From an uncultured Actinomycetes bacterium (GTDB lineage Bacteria; Actinomycetota; Thermoleophilia; Gaiellales; Gaiellaceae): a stretch of DNA of 64,000 bases. Each line of letters starts with the position of its first letter. Within the stretch, counting starts at the first letter, position 1. Positions 20,761 to 32,093 of this stretch are shown piece by piece. The notes beneath the pieces were generated by a model. That model was not told where the DNA came from. It was given only the letters and a program-made list of their open reading frames with translations, and did not search any database. The position numbers and the translations under genes are program-made. Location of the stretch: positions 143,222 to 207,221 of the forward strand of contig CAVVAZ010000002.1 in NCBI GenBank assembly GCA_963746435.1, read 5' to 3'.

Positions 20761-20989
20761 GATGTCTTCCGCATCTGGCGCGGCGAGAAGAACTGGCGGC
20801 TCGTGGGCGTAGTCGTCTTCGGCTTCGGCCTCGTCCACGGCCTCGGCCTTTCGACCCGGCTGCAAGAGATCGCGCTTCCTGAAGACGGTCTGGCACTCCG
20901 GATCATCCTCTTCAACGCGGGGATCGAGCTCGGGCAGCTCGCCGTGCTGGTTGTGGTCGTTGTCGCTCTCTGGAAGCTGCTGTCGCACG
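20761..20989 (+). pseudogene. C-terminal fragment of a HupE/UreJ-family (Ni/Co) transporter, last two TM helices only
   Basis: WRLVGVVVFGFGLVHGLGLS...RIILFNAGIELGQLAVLVVVVVAL matches the C-terminal FNxGxELGQ signature of the HupE/UreJ_2 family. No N-terminal part exists upstream, since the in-frame stop is at 20719. The ORF tail to 21327 looks non-coding. Confidence 0.4.
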
Positions 20990-21496
20990 TTGTGAGCCGC
21001 CCAGCAGTGGCCGAGCGCATCGCCTTCGGCGCGATGGTCGCCGCCGGGCTCATCGCCGCCGACGATCTGCCATTCTTGGCCGAGGCGGACACCGCCGGGC
21101 GACACAAGGGAAGCCCTGCACGGAGTCGGACTACTCGCCGCCCGCCCGGTAAGGCGGGGGTCATCCACTCAAGAGATTCTACGGCCCGACGGAGAAAGCT
21201 CCAGGCGAGAGCATGGCGCATGTTCTCTACGACGGCTGGGTCGTGGTCACGTACAAGCCGGGGACTGCCCGCGACCAATCTAAGCGTCGCACGAAGGCAT
21301 GGGTCGAGGGCAGAGACCAGGCCGTAGTAGCGGCTGCGATCAGCGGCCGACAGTCGAGGCGCTGCAAGCCTCGACGGTCCGGAGTCGCTCACCTGCTCGA
21401 AGTTCGAGCTCGGCGCACTCCAGCGGTTCAGAGACGCCTGGTTCGACAGTCGCTAGGCATCGTGCGCAGGAAGTGCCGTAGCTAGCCTCAGCCGAC

Positions 21497-22203
21497 GTGA
21501 GGCAGCATGAGCACCGCGAGGCCGACGGGCGTGATCCTGGGCAGGACGCGCACGAGAGCTCGCACCACCACCACGATCACGAAGCGCACGGCCACACGCA
21601 CGGCCTCGTCGATCGCTCGATCCTCCGCTCGCGGGCCGGCCGACGGGCCGTTGCTCTTCGCTACTCGTCCTCGGCCTAACCGCCGCGATCCAGGCTGTGA
21701 TCTACGTTCTGACGGGTAGCGTTGCCCTGCTCGCCGACCTGATCCACAATGTCGGCGATGCACTGACCGCCGTACCCCTCGGCGTGGCCTTCGCCCTCCG
21801 GTCGCCGAAAGCCGAGGGGTACGCGGGCCTCGCCGTCGTCCTCGCCATATTCATCAGCGCCTGCGTGGCCGCCTACGAAGCGGTCGTCAGACTGCTCGAC
21901 CCCGAGGCTCCCGATCATCTCATCGCCCTTGCGCTCGCGGGCGCGATTGGCTTCTTCGGCAACCTCGTAGCGGCGTTCATTCGCACACGAGCTGGAAGAC
22001 GGCTTGATAGCCCTGCCCTCATCGCGGACGGCAACCACGCGCGCGCAGACGCGTATGTCAGCCTCGGTGTGGTTCTGAGCGCAGTCGTCGTGGCTCTCGG
22101 ATTCGAGCTCGGCGACCCGCTCGTCGCCCTCGTCATCACCGCGGTGATCCTGCGCATCACCTGGCAGTCGTGGCGAACCATTCGACACGGCATAGCGGAG
22201 TGA
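21497..22203 (+). pseudogene. cation diffusion facilitator (CzcD-like) exporter, frameshifted near 21650 and lacking the C-terminal cytoplasmic domain
   Basis: The His-rich N-terminus HHHHDHEAHGHTHG (ORF 21497..21679) is followed in another frame by TM1-TM6, including the CDF signature SVALLADLIHNVGD. The protein ends right after TM6 (ILRITWQSWRTIRHGIAE*). Confidence 0.6.
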
Positions 22204-23094
22204 GGACCCGACGGATTGGTGCGGCGGGTCACGCGCCGGTCCCGGCGAACGGCCTCACGTTGCGGTGTTTGGCTGCGACGCGGTCTCGCGCGACGACGTC
22301 CGTGCCAGTCACTCGTGGGATGGCTTACAGAACTCTCGGCGGAGTGGGTTTACTCATCGCGGGCTCGGGTACAGGTCGCGCACGGGAAGGGAAGATCGGC
22401 GAGCGGATCCAGCGCCAAGCTGCACGTACAGCGGCCCTGTTGCGTTGCGCGGCTCAGAGATCCGACTGACGGCAACTCGCCGATCTCCCACTCCGTACTC
22501 GGTGCGCTGGGAGTGCGCTATCGCTAGCGCTTGCCGCGCGATCGAGGTGGGGACCGCCGGAGCGCTGGCTGACGGACTAGCGGAGCCTCTTCAGCCGATC
22601 CTCGTGGAGCGGTTTCGAGGGCGCAGACCCTCAGATCACCAGATGAAGATCCGCCACGAGCATCGCGACCGAGGACGCCGCGCAGAGCGTCGGGATGAAG
22701 GTGACACCGCGGGGCGTGCGCCGTCGTGACGGCTCGGCGGAGAATTCGGCCGCGACGCCGCACTCCATGATGCGGCTTCGAGCCGCCGCGACTGGGTCGT
22801 CAGGCGACTGTGCAGGCTTGAAGCCGCGGAAGACCGTCCTCACCTCGGGAGTGGCCTCGACGCTGTCGTCCGAGTGCCGACAAGGTGTCGTCTCGGATCC
22901 GGGAGAAGAGCGCGCGCGTGGTCGGCGACTCGACGATCGACGAGCGCGAGCTCGGGGCTCACGACGGCGGGCCCCTCGGTAGTGGTCGGGCGGTTGCGGC
23001 GCTCCCCCACATCAGGGATATCGGCGACCGGCGGCGATCACTTGAGTCCTGCGGGCAGTCGTTCGCTCAGCGACGAGCGGTGCGGCTTGGGCGT

Positions 23095-24320
23095 CTAAGG
23101 AAGGACGACGATGGTGAACGTCTTCACAGACTTCACCTTGAGCGCGTCCGTAACCTCGACCGTTACGCGATACGTGCCCGCCTTCTGCGGCGTGCCCGTG
23201 AGGAGGCCGAGCGCCGATGCGAAGCGGATGCCGCGTGGCAGGCGGCCCTTGACCTTCCACTTCGCCGGCAGGACACCGCCGAAGGTCGAGACCTTCTGCT
23301 GGTACAGACGCCCGACCCTCCCCGGCTTCAAGCGCAGCGTCTTGATCGCGAGCCTCGACGCAACGGTCAGCACGCCCTCGTAGGTGCCGACCCGCGCTTC
23401 GGTGTCAGTCGCCGTCGCCGTGAAGCGGTACGTGCCGGCCACTGTAGGGGTGCCGGTGAGCGTGCCGTCCGTGCCGAGCGCCAGCCCGGCGGGCAGCCCG
23501 GTCGCGGCCAGACGTGAACGTGCTCGTGCCGCCTGAAGCCGTGAGCTTCGTCGTGAAGAGAACGCCGACCTCGGACTTCGGGGTGGGCGGTGCGGCAACG
23601 GTGACGGCCGTCCGGACGACGAGCGTCAGCGTCTCGGTGTCGGAGGTTCCGTTGCCCTGGGCTCGGACGACGAACTGATACGAGCCTTCCGGCTGTCGGC
23701 GTCCCTGCCAGGGTGCCGTCGGCAGCAAGGGCTAGGCCGGGAGGCAACGCGCCGGAAGCGATCGACCACGTCAGGCCGCTCGCCCCGATTCCGGTCGGCG
23801 GGTTGAGCGCGGTCACGAGCATCGCGCTCAGCGTCTCCGAGTACGCTGCGCCGATCGTGCCGGGCTTCACCGCCTGGTTGGAGATGCTCAGGCCGGGGGC
23901 TACGGTGAGACTGAACTCGCGCTCCGCCTCCTGCACCAGGCACCAGGAGGCCGAGGGCGGGTTCTCGTCGCTCAGCTCGATCCAGAAGGAGTAGGTCCCC
24001 GACTGCGTCGGTGTCCCGCTGATCGTGCCGCCGGAAGAGAGCGAGAGGCCGGGCGGAAGGGCCCCGTTGATGACGCGGTACTGATACGGCAGCGCCGGGC
24101 CACACCCGCCGTCCCCGGACAGCGTGAACGAGTACGAGCCTCCGACGATGCCGCTCGGGCATATACGTACGCCGCCACCACCCGCCTCCGGGCAGGCCGC
24201 GTCGGTAAACCGGAGAGCTGCAGCCGTCGCGACCACGACGCCGGCGAGCACGCCGACGAGCGCGAGCACGAGCGCAAAACGAATCAGGCGTGTTCGGCCG
24301 CGTCCCACCGGGCGGGCACG
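23095..24320 (-). CDS. secreted Ig-like repeat protein, paralogue 2, split over three frames by two apparent frameshifts
   Basis: Pieces from ORFs 23367..24437, 23405..23728 and 23095..23598 are co-linear with paralogue 1. They include a hydrophobic leader, SGALPPGLAL...GTLAGTPT, and a C-terminal ...GRLPRGIRFASALGLLTGTPQKAGTYRVTV. The start is uncertain (around 24320, or the ORF start at 24437). Confidence 0.6.
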
Positions 24321-24352
24321 GTAGCAGACAAGTCCGCGGGAGACGAGGCTTG

Positions 24353-24829
24353 TTAAGAGGCTGTTTGCGGGGAGATGTCGGGCAGGACGAGGAGCACGAG
24401 CTCGGCGACGCAGACGGGCTTCTCGACTCCCTCGCATTCGACAACCGCTTCGACCGTCGCACGCTCGCCGCCGGCAGCGTCTTCGACGAAGGTGACGTGG
24501 AAGCGACCGCGGACCTGGCCGCCGGACGGCACGGGCGCCGGGAACCGAACCCGGTTCACGCCGTAGTTCACGACCATCCCGTCAACCGGGGGAAGAAGCT
24601 CGTAGAGCATCGGGACGCAAAGCGAGAGCGTGAGGAAGCCGTGCGCGATCGTCGTCCCGAAGGGGCCGCTGGCGGCCCGTTCGGGATCGACGTGAATCCA
24701 CTGCGGATCGTCCGTCGCCTGCGCGAAACGGTCGATCCGCTCCTGCGAAACCTCAAGCCAGCTCGTAGGTCCGAGCTCGGCGTCGAGGAGATCTCGCAGC
24801 GCGCTCACGTCTGGCTCGCTCGCGACCAC
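24353..24829 (-). CDS. MaoC-like (hot-dog fold) dehydratase
   Basis: WIHVDPERAASGPFGTTIAHGFLTLSL is typical of MaoC/NodN hot-dog hydratases. The GTG start sits 1 nt after the gltX stop. Confidence 0.8.
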   Translation of the reverse strand: MVASEPDVSALRDLLDAELGPTSWLEVSQERIDRFAQATDDPQWIHVDPERAASGPFGTTIAHGFLTLSLCVPMLYELLPPVDGMVVNYGVNRVRFPAPVPSGGQVRGRFHVTFVEDAAGGERATVEAVVECEGVEKPVCVAELVLLVLPDISPQTAS

Positions 24830-24830
24830 G

Positions 24831-26102
<1,272 letters not shown>

Positions 26103-26110
26103 CTAGCCCC

Positions 26111-26971
26111 GTGCTCTTCGGCGCCCACGTCTCGGCTGCAGGCGGTATCTCCAAGGCGATCGACCGGATCGAGGCGATCGGCGGCAACGCCGTACAGGTC
26201 TTCACGCAGAGCCCGCGGATGTGGAAGTCCACACAGCACGCACCGGAGGAGCTGGAGCGCTTCCGTTCGCGGCGGCGCGAAGCCCGCGTTCGGCACGTCA
26301 CGTGTCACGCCCTGTACCTCGTGAATCTCGCGAGCCGCGATTCCGAGATTCGATCGAAGTCATTCGAAGCACTCCGTGCGACGATGGAGACCGCGCAGGG
26401 AATCGACGCCGACGCGGTCGTCTTCCACGTGGGGTCGCACCTCGGGTACGGCTTCGACGAAGCGGTGAAGGTCGTGGCTCCGCCGCTGCGCGAGCTGCTC
26501 GGACTGACGACGGAGGGGCTCTGGCTCTGTCTCGAGAACGCCGCCGGAGCGGGCGGCACGATCGGCCGCTCGGTCGCCGAGCTCGCCGCTCTCTGCGACG
26601 AGCTTGACGGCCATGCCCGTCTCGGCGTCTGCCTCGACTCCTGCCACTGGTGGGCGTCCGGTCTCGATGTCACCGATGCGGAGGCACTCGACCAGGCGCT
26701 CGAGGATCTCGACTCGCGCCTCGGGCTCGAGCGGCTGCGTGTCCTTCACGTGAACGACGCGAAGTCGCCGCTCGGCTCGAATCGCGATCGCCACGACGTC
26801 GTCGCTCGAGGCCTCCTGGGGAACGGGCTCGCGACCTTCCTCGGACACCCGGCGTTCCGGGATCTGCCCGCTCTCCTCGAGACGTGGCCCGAGGACGGCC
26901 TCAGCTCCGCGGACATCGATCTCCTCCGCAGGCTCCATCGCCGCGGTCGGCGGAGAAAGCGAGCTAGCTGA
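26111..26971 (+). CDS. nfo: endonuclease IV (AP endonuclease family 2)
   Basis: MLFGAHVSAAGG...HALYLVNLAS...VFHVGS...CLENAAG...CLDSCHWWASG are the TIM-barrel Nfo metal-binding motifs. The ORF is intact at 286 aa. Confidence 0.85.
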   Translation: MLFGAHVSAAGGISKAIDRIEAIGGNAVQVFTQSPRMWKSTQHAPEELERFRSRRREARVRHVTCHALYLVNLASRDSEIRSKSFEALRATMETAQGIDADAVVFHVGSHLGYGFDEAVKVVAPPLRELLGLTTEGLWLCLENAAGAGGTIGRSVAELAALCDELDGHARLGVCLDSCHWWASGLDVTDAEALDQALEDLDSRLGLERLRVLHVNDAKSPLGSNRDRHDVVARGLLGNGLATFLGHPAFRDLPALLETWPEDGLSSADIDLLRRLHRRGRRRKRAS

Positions 26972-27260
26972 CGTCGGTGACGCGGGCGAAGACGCGGAAG
27001 CTCGCGCGCTCGCGCGGGATCTCGTAGAACTCGGGATTGCGGCAGCCGAGCGGGTCCTCACGACCGCCGTAGCAGGGGACGACGTCGATCTCGCACATCG
27101 GGAGTGGCGCGCGACGCGCGCGGACTGCGCCGAAGCCGCCGCGCTCGGACTCGGCCTCCTCGAGCAGCGCGAGGTCGATCTCCACGTCGAAGACCTTCTG
27201 CATGCAGCCCATGTACGTCCTCCCCCACGCCTCGTAGGCGTAGACGAACGGACAGCCCAT
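26964..27260 (-). CDS. hypothetical small Cys-rich protein. The reading frame stays open further upstream, so the start is uncertain.
   Basis: MGCPFVYAYEAWGRTYMGCMQ...PMCEIDVVPCYGG. An in-frame upstream extension adds ECRHCDVHCEKVVYPGACVS but has no obvious start codon. I recognise no family. Confidence 0.3.
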   Translation of the reverse strand: MGCPFVYAYEAWGRTYMGCMQKVFDVEIDLALLEEAESERGGFGAVRARRAPLPMCEIDVVPCYGGREDPLGCRNPEFYEIPRERASFRVFARVTDVS

Positions 27261-27508
27261 GCTGACGCACGCTCCGGGGTAGACGACCTTCTCGCAATGG
27301 ACGTCGCAGTGGCGGCACTCGACCTCGTCCTGGGCTCGGAGAGGTATCCCGACCGGCGCCGCCGTTGCTCATGGACGGCCTCGGGCCATGAGCGCGGAGG
27401 CGTGGGGAACTCGGACGCCATGCTCCGCCGCAAGGACTTGCCGTGAACGCGAGCCGGAGGCGAGCGTTGCGTATGCCGATTTGTGCCTCGGCGCTATGCC
27501 GCCGCAGA

Positions 27509-27529
27509 CTGAAAATCGGCAGTTTTCAG
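27509..27529. promoter_or_regulatory. perfect inverted repeat CTGAAAA-N7-TTTTCAG in the divergent intergenic region upstream of the Ca2+/H+ antiporter gene. It is a candidate operator.
   Basis: A rare AT-rich palindrome in a ~70% GC background, 38 nt upstream of the antiporter start. Confidence 0.3.
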
Positions 27530-27566
27530 GCAATGGCGACGCCGACGGCGGATAGGCTGGCCGCCT

Positions 27567-28604
27567 GTGATCCGGAAGCTCCTCTTCGGCTCGCTCGGGC
27601 TCGCCCCGATCGCGATCGCGCTGCACTACCTGGCGGACCTTCCCCAGACGACGGAGTTCGTGCTGGCGGCGGCGGCTCTCATCCCGCTGGCCTGGATCAT
27701 CGGCGAGGCGACCGAGCACGCGGCCGAGCACACAGGCCCCGGAATCGGGGGCTTCTTGAATGCCACCTTCGGCAACGCGCCCGAGCTGATCATCGCGCTG
27801 ATCGCCGTCAACGAAGGGTTGAACGAGGTCGTGCGCGGCTCTCTGACGGGGAGCGTCGTCTCGAATCTCCTGCTGGTGCTCGGCGCAGCACTCGTCGCCG
27901 GAGGACGCGGGACTCTCGACCGCTACTCGAGCTTCCTCGCGTTCGGCCTGCTCGCCGCCGCGACGCTCCTCTTCCTGATCCCCGCGATTCCCGGTTGGGA
28001 CGGCGATCCCGAGCGCCGTCGGCTGGCGGTGCTCGCAGTGCCCGTTGCGATCGTGCTCCTCGTCCTGTACGTCGGGGTGACCTGGTTCTCGCTCCGGCGC
28101 CACAGCGCGCTGCACGTCGCGAGCGACGAGGAGATCAAGGCCTGGTCACTGCGCCTCTCGCTCTTCGCGCTCGCCCTGGCGACGATCGCGACGGCCTTCG
28201 TCGCGGAGATCCTCGTGGGATCGCTCGAGGTGTTCGCGGACAAGGCGGGTCTCTCCGAGTTCTTCGTCGCGGCCGTCGTCGTCGCGATCGTCGGCAACGC
28301 GGCGGAGCACGGAGGCGCGGTCGTGGTTGCGTACCGGGGGAAGATCGCGCTTGCGGGGGAGATCGCGCTCGCGTCGGCGGCACAGGTGGCCGTCTTCCTC
28401 ATCCCCGCCGTGGTGCTCATCTCCTGGGTCATCGATCCCCTCGCGCTCTCGTTCCGTCCGGTCGAGATCGGGGCGCTCGCCGCGGCCACCGTTTTCACCG
28501 CGCTCGTCCTCTGGAATGGCCAGTCGAGCCGCCTCCGGGGGATTCTGCTCCTCCTCGGTTACGTCGCCGTCGTCGTCGCGTTCTTCGTGGCCGGGGATCG
28601 CTGA
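27567..28604 (+). CDS. chaA: Ca2+/H+ (cation/proton) antiporter, CaCA family
   Basis: The alpha-repeat GNAPELIIALIAV and a second repeat GNAAEHG are present. There are about 11 TM segments across an intact 345 aa. Confidence 0.85.
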   Translation: MIRKLLFGSLGLAPIAIALHYLADLPQTTEFVLAAAALIPLAWIIGEATEHAAEHTGPGIGGFLNATFGNAPELIIALIAVNEGLNEVVRGSLTGSVVSNLLLVLGAALVAGGRGTLDRYSSFLAFGLLAAATLLFLIPAIPGWDGDPERRRLAVLAVPVAIVLLVLYVGVTWFSLRRHSALHVASDEEIKAWSLRLSLFALALATIATAFVAEILVGSLEVFADKAGLSEFFVAAVVVAIVGNAAEHGGAVVVAYRGKIALAGEIALASAAQVAVFLIPAVVLISWVIDPLALSFRPVEIGALAAATVFTALVLWNGQSSRLRGILLLLGYVAVVVAFFVAGDR

Positions 28605-28678
28605 GCGGCCGAGCCGCATTCGTAAAGATCGTTTGAAGTCGGGTTTCCGGACTTTCCGCGATCGGGTACACCCGGTGG

Positions 28679-29925
28679 ATGAGAGTTGCGCTCGTCGCAG
28701 TGCTGGTCGCGTGCGCGTTCGGTTTCGAGCGCTCGAGGCGCGGAGGCCGCGCCGAGCGTTCGCTTCGGGATCCAGGACGACGCGTGGCTCGAGTTCGGCC
28801 CGGGAACGCTCGCCCAGCGCGTCGCGGAGCTCGACCGGCTCGGTCTCGACATCGTGCGCGTGACGGTCTACTGGAACCGGACCGAGCCGGCGCCGGGCCG
28901 CTTCGAGTGGCGCCGATCCGATCGGCTCCTGCGCGCGCTCCATGCGCGCGGGCTGGCGCCCGTCGTGACGCTCTGGGGAACTCCGGGCTGGGCGTCCGAG
29001 GGCGGGCCGCCGAACGCCGTCCCGCTCCGGAGCGCCGACTTCTCGCGATTCGCCCAGGCCGCCGCAACCCGCTACCCGTACGTCCGGAACTGGACCATGT
29101 GGAACGAGCCGAACAAGATCGCCTGGCTCAACCCCGTCTCGCCGCGTGCGTATGTGACGCAGATCCTCAACCCCGGCTATCAGGGGATCAAAGCGGCGAA
29201 CCCCGCGGCGAGGGTCGCCGGGGGAGTGACGGGGCCGAGAGGCGGCAAGGGCGGAATGGCCCCCGTGGACTTCATCAGGGCGATGGATCGTGCGGGGGCG
29301 CGCCTCGACGCGTACGCGCACCATCCCTATCCCAGCTATCCGGGCGACACGCCGTACCCGGCGGGCGGGTGCGGTGACTGCAAGACGATCTCGATGGCGA
29401 CCCTCGAGCGTCTGCTGCGCGAGGTCGGCAGGGCATTTCCGCGCGCCTCCATCTGGCTCACCGAGTACGCGTACCAGTCGGATCCCGACCCCTTCGGCGT
29501 CTCGCGCAAGCTGCAGGCACGCTACGTGGCCGAAGCGGCGCGGAGGGTGTTCGCCGCGCCCAGGGTCGAGATGCTGATCCACTACCTGTACCGCGACGAA
29601 CCCGATCTGGGACGGTGGCAGAGCGGCCTCGAGACGGTGAACGGCGACGCGAAGCCCGCTCTCCAGGCGACCATGCTCCCGCTGGCGCAGGTCGCGCGCA
29701 AGGGGTCGGTGACGTCGGTTTGGGGCCAAGTGCGACCGGGTGAAGGCCCGCAGGGCTACGTCCTCCAGATCCGGACGCGACGGGCGCTGGACTTCGATCG
29801 GCGGCACGCGCCTGACCTCCGGTCGTGGCTATCTGTCGAGAACCGTTCGGGCTGCGAAGGGCTCGAAGTTGCGGCTCTGGTACCCGGCGCGCGGGCTTGC
29901 GAGCCCTACGCTGGTCGTGCGGTAG
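28679..29925 (+). CDS. secreted glycoside hydrolase (clan GH-A, GH5-like TIM barrel), with at least two apparent frameshifts near 28730 and 29780
   Basis: The signal peptide MRVALVAVLVACAFG is in one frame. The catalytic core (VTVYWNRTEPAPGRFEW, TLWGTPGWA, TMWNEPN, WLTEYAY) is in ORF 28686..30236. The C-terminus (...[19 protein letters not shown]) is in ORF 29740..29925. Confidence 0.6.
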
Positions 29926-30960
29926 CGGTCGACTCCGAAAGCACGCCGGCGAGGATGTCCACGGCCTGCTCGATGTCGTCGTCGGTGATGCCGAGGTGCG
30001 TCACCGCGCGCATGACCGTCGGGTGGATCGTCGACGACAGACCGAGGCCGCGGTCACGGAGGCGGTCGAGCACCTCGGCGCGCTCGAGGTCCAGCGGTGC
30101 GACGTCGATCTGGACGAAGTTCGTCTCGACCTGCTCGAGGTCGATCGCGATGCCGGCGGCAGCAAGGCCTGCGGCGAGACGACCGGCACGCGCATGGTCG
30201 TCCGCCAAGCGCTCGACGTGGTTGTCGAGGGCGTAGACGCCGGCCGCCGCCACAACTCCGGACTGCCGCATCGCTCCTCCGAAGAGATGCTTCTCGCGCC
30301 ACGCGCGCTCGATCAGCTCGTACGAGCCGGCGAGCAGCGCGCCGAGTGGGCAACCCAGGCCCTTCGACAGGCAGAGCGTCACGCTGTCGAAGCGCGCAGC
30401 GACGGCGGACGGCTCGAGGCCGAGCGCGACGGAGGCATTGAGCACGCGCGCCCCGTCGAGATGCACCCGGAGCCCCAGCTCGCGTGCGGTCGCGACGAGC
30501 GCGTCCAGCTCGGCCAGTGGCCATACTCTCCCGCCGGCGTTGTTGTGCGTGTTCTCGAGCGAGAGGAGAGTCACACGCTGATCCGCCGCCTTCGTGCTCG
30601 GCGCAGCGGCGGCGCGTAGCTGGTCCGGCGAGATCCGTCCCGCGACTCCGGGAAGGCCGAGCGTCATGAGGCCCGCGTGCGCAGCTGCCCCTCCGTACTC
30701 GTAGACCAGGACGTGCGAGCTCTCCTCCGCGACGAGCACGTCTCCAGGCCGTCCGTGAAGCTTGAGGGCGATCTGGTTCGCCATGGTCGCCGTCGGCAGG
30801 AAGATCGCCGACTCCTGACCGAGCAGCGAGCCACGCGCTCCTGGAGCGCGGTCGTCGTCGGATCCTCGCGCTTCTGCTCGTCGCCCACGACGGCCTGCGC
30901 GATCGCCGCGCGCATGCCGAGAGTCGGCTGCGTGACGGTGTCGGAGCGGAGATCGATCAC
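29906..30960 (-). CDS. ltaE: low-specificity L-threonine aldolase (PLP-dependent), with an apparent frameshift near 30830
   Basis: The N-terminus [28 protein letters not shown] is in ORF 30664..30960. The remainder ([10 protein letters not shown]...[12 protein letters not shown]...[11 protein letters not shown]) is in ORF 29906..30784. Confidence 0.8.
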
Positions 30961-30998
30961 CGGAGGTCGGTCACCACCGCGGACGCTACCGTGCCACC

Positions 30999-32037
30999 GT
31001 GGATCTCGCGCTTCTCGAACGAACGCTCTCCGAGCGGGGCGAGCCCGCGTACCGCGCGCGCCAGGTGTGGGAATGGGTCGCCCGCGGCGCGCTCTCGTAC
31101 GACGAGATGACGACGTTGCCGAAGTCGCTCCGTTCCGTTCTCGGGGAGCACGTGCCGTTCTCGACGCTCGAGCTCGTCACCGAGCGCGAGTCGCGTGACG
31201 GGACGATCAAGACGCTCTTCCGCACGCAAGACGGCCATCCGGTGGAGGCGGTGCTCATGCGCTATCGAGACGGACGCCGCTCCATTTGCCTCTCCTCGCA
31301 GTCGGGTTGTCCGCTCACCTGCAGGTTCTGCGCGACGGGGGCGATGCGGTTCGGCCGCAACCTGACGGCGTCCGAGATCCTCGACCAGGCCCTGCACTTC
31401 CGGCGGCTCGAGTCCGTGAACCACGTCGTGTACATGGGCATGGGCGAGCCGTTCCTGAATGTGGACGAGGTGCTGGCCTCCGCGCGCCATCTGCCCGAGA
31501 TCGGAGTGACGCCCCGGCGAACGACGATCTCGACCGTCGGCTGGCTGCCGGGATTGCGCCGGTTCGTGGACGAGGTCGACTCACCCATCCGGCTCGCGCT
31601 CTCGCTTCATTCCGCGGACCCCGCGCTTCGGTCGGAGCTCATGCCAGTGAACGACCGCTACCCGCTCGTAGACGTCGTCGCCGAGTGCCGTTCGCTACGT
31701 CGAGCTACGCCGGCGCAAGGTGTTCGTCGAGTACGTCATGCTCGCCGGAGTCAACGACTCGCCGACGCACGCACGCGCCCTCGCCGCGCTCCTCGACCCG
31801 AAGGCGTTCAAGGTCAACCTCATTCCGTACAACCCGATCCCTTCTCACGCTGGCGGAATGTTCGAGGGCTCCGCGCGGGGCGCGATCGAGGCGTTCAAGG
31901 CCGTTCTCGACCGGGCGCGGATACCCGCCACCGTTCGCCTCACGCGGGGGCGCGACATCGAGGCGGCATGCGGGCAGCTGGCGGCGAGCCCTCGCCAGTC
32001 GAACGAGAAGCGCGTCCCCGTGTCGTCCACCGCGTAG
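30999..32037 (+). CDS. rlmN: 23S rRNA (adenine2503-C2)-methyltransferase RlmN (radical SAM), with one extra base near 31700
   Basis: The [11 protein letters not shown] radical-SAM cluster motif is present. The C-terminus [15 protein letters not shown]...KVNLIPYNP...AACGQL (ORF 31720..32037) reads through after deleting one T in tgccgTtcg. Confidence 0.85.
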
Positions 32038-32093
32038 CCGATAGTTGTCGGCAGCCGGCGCGCGGCCGGCAGACGTCACGAGAGGAGCGACCC

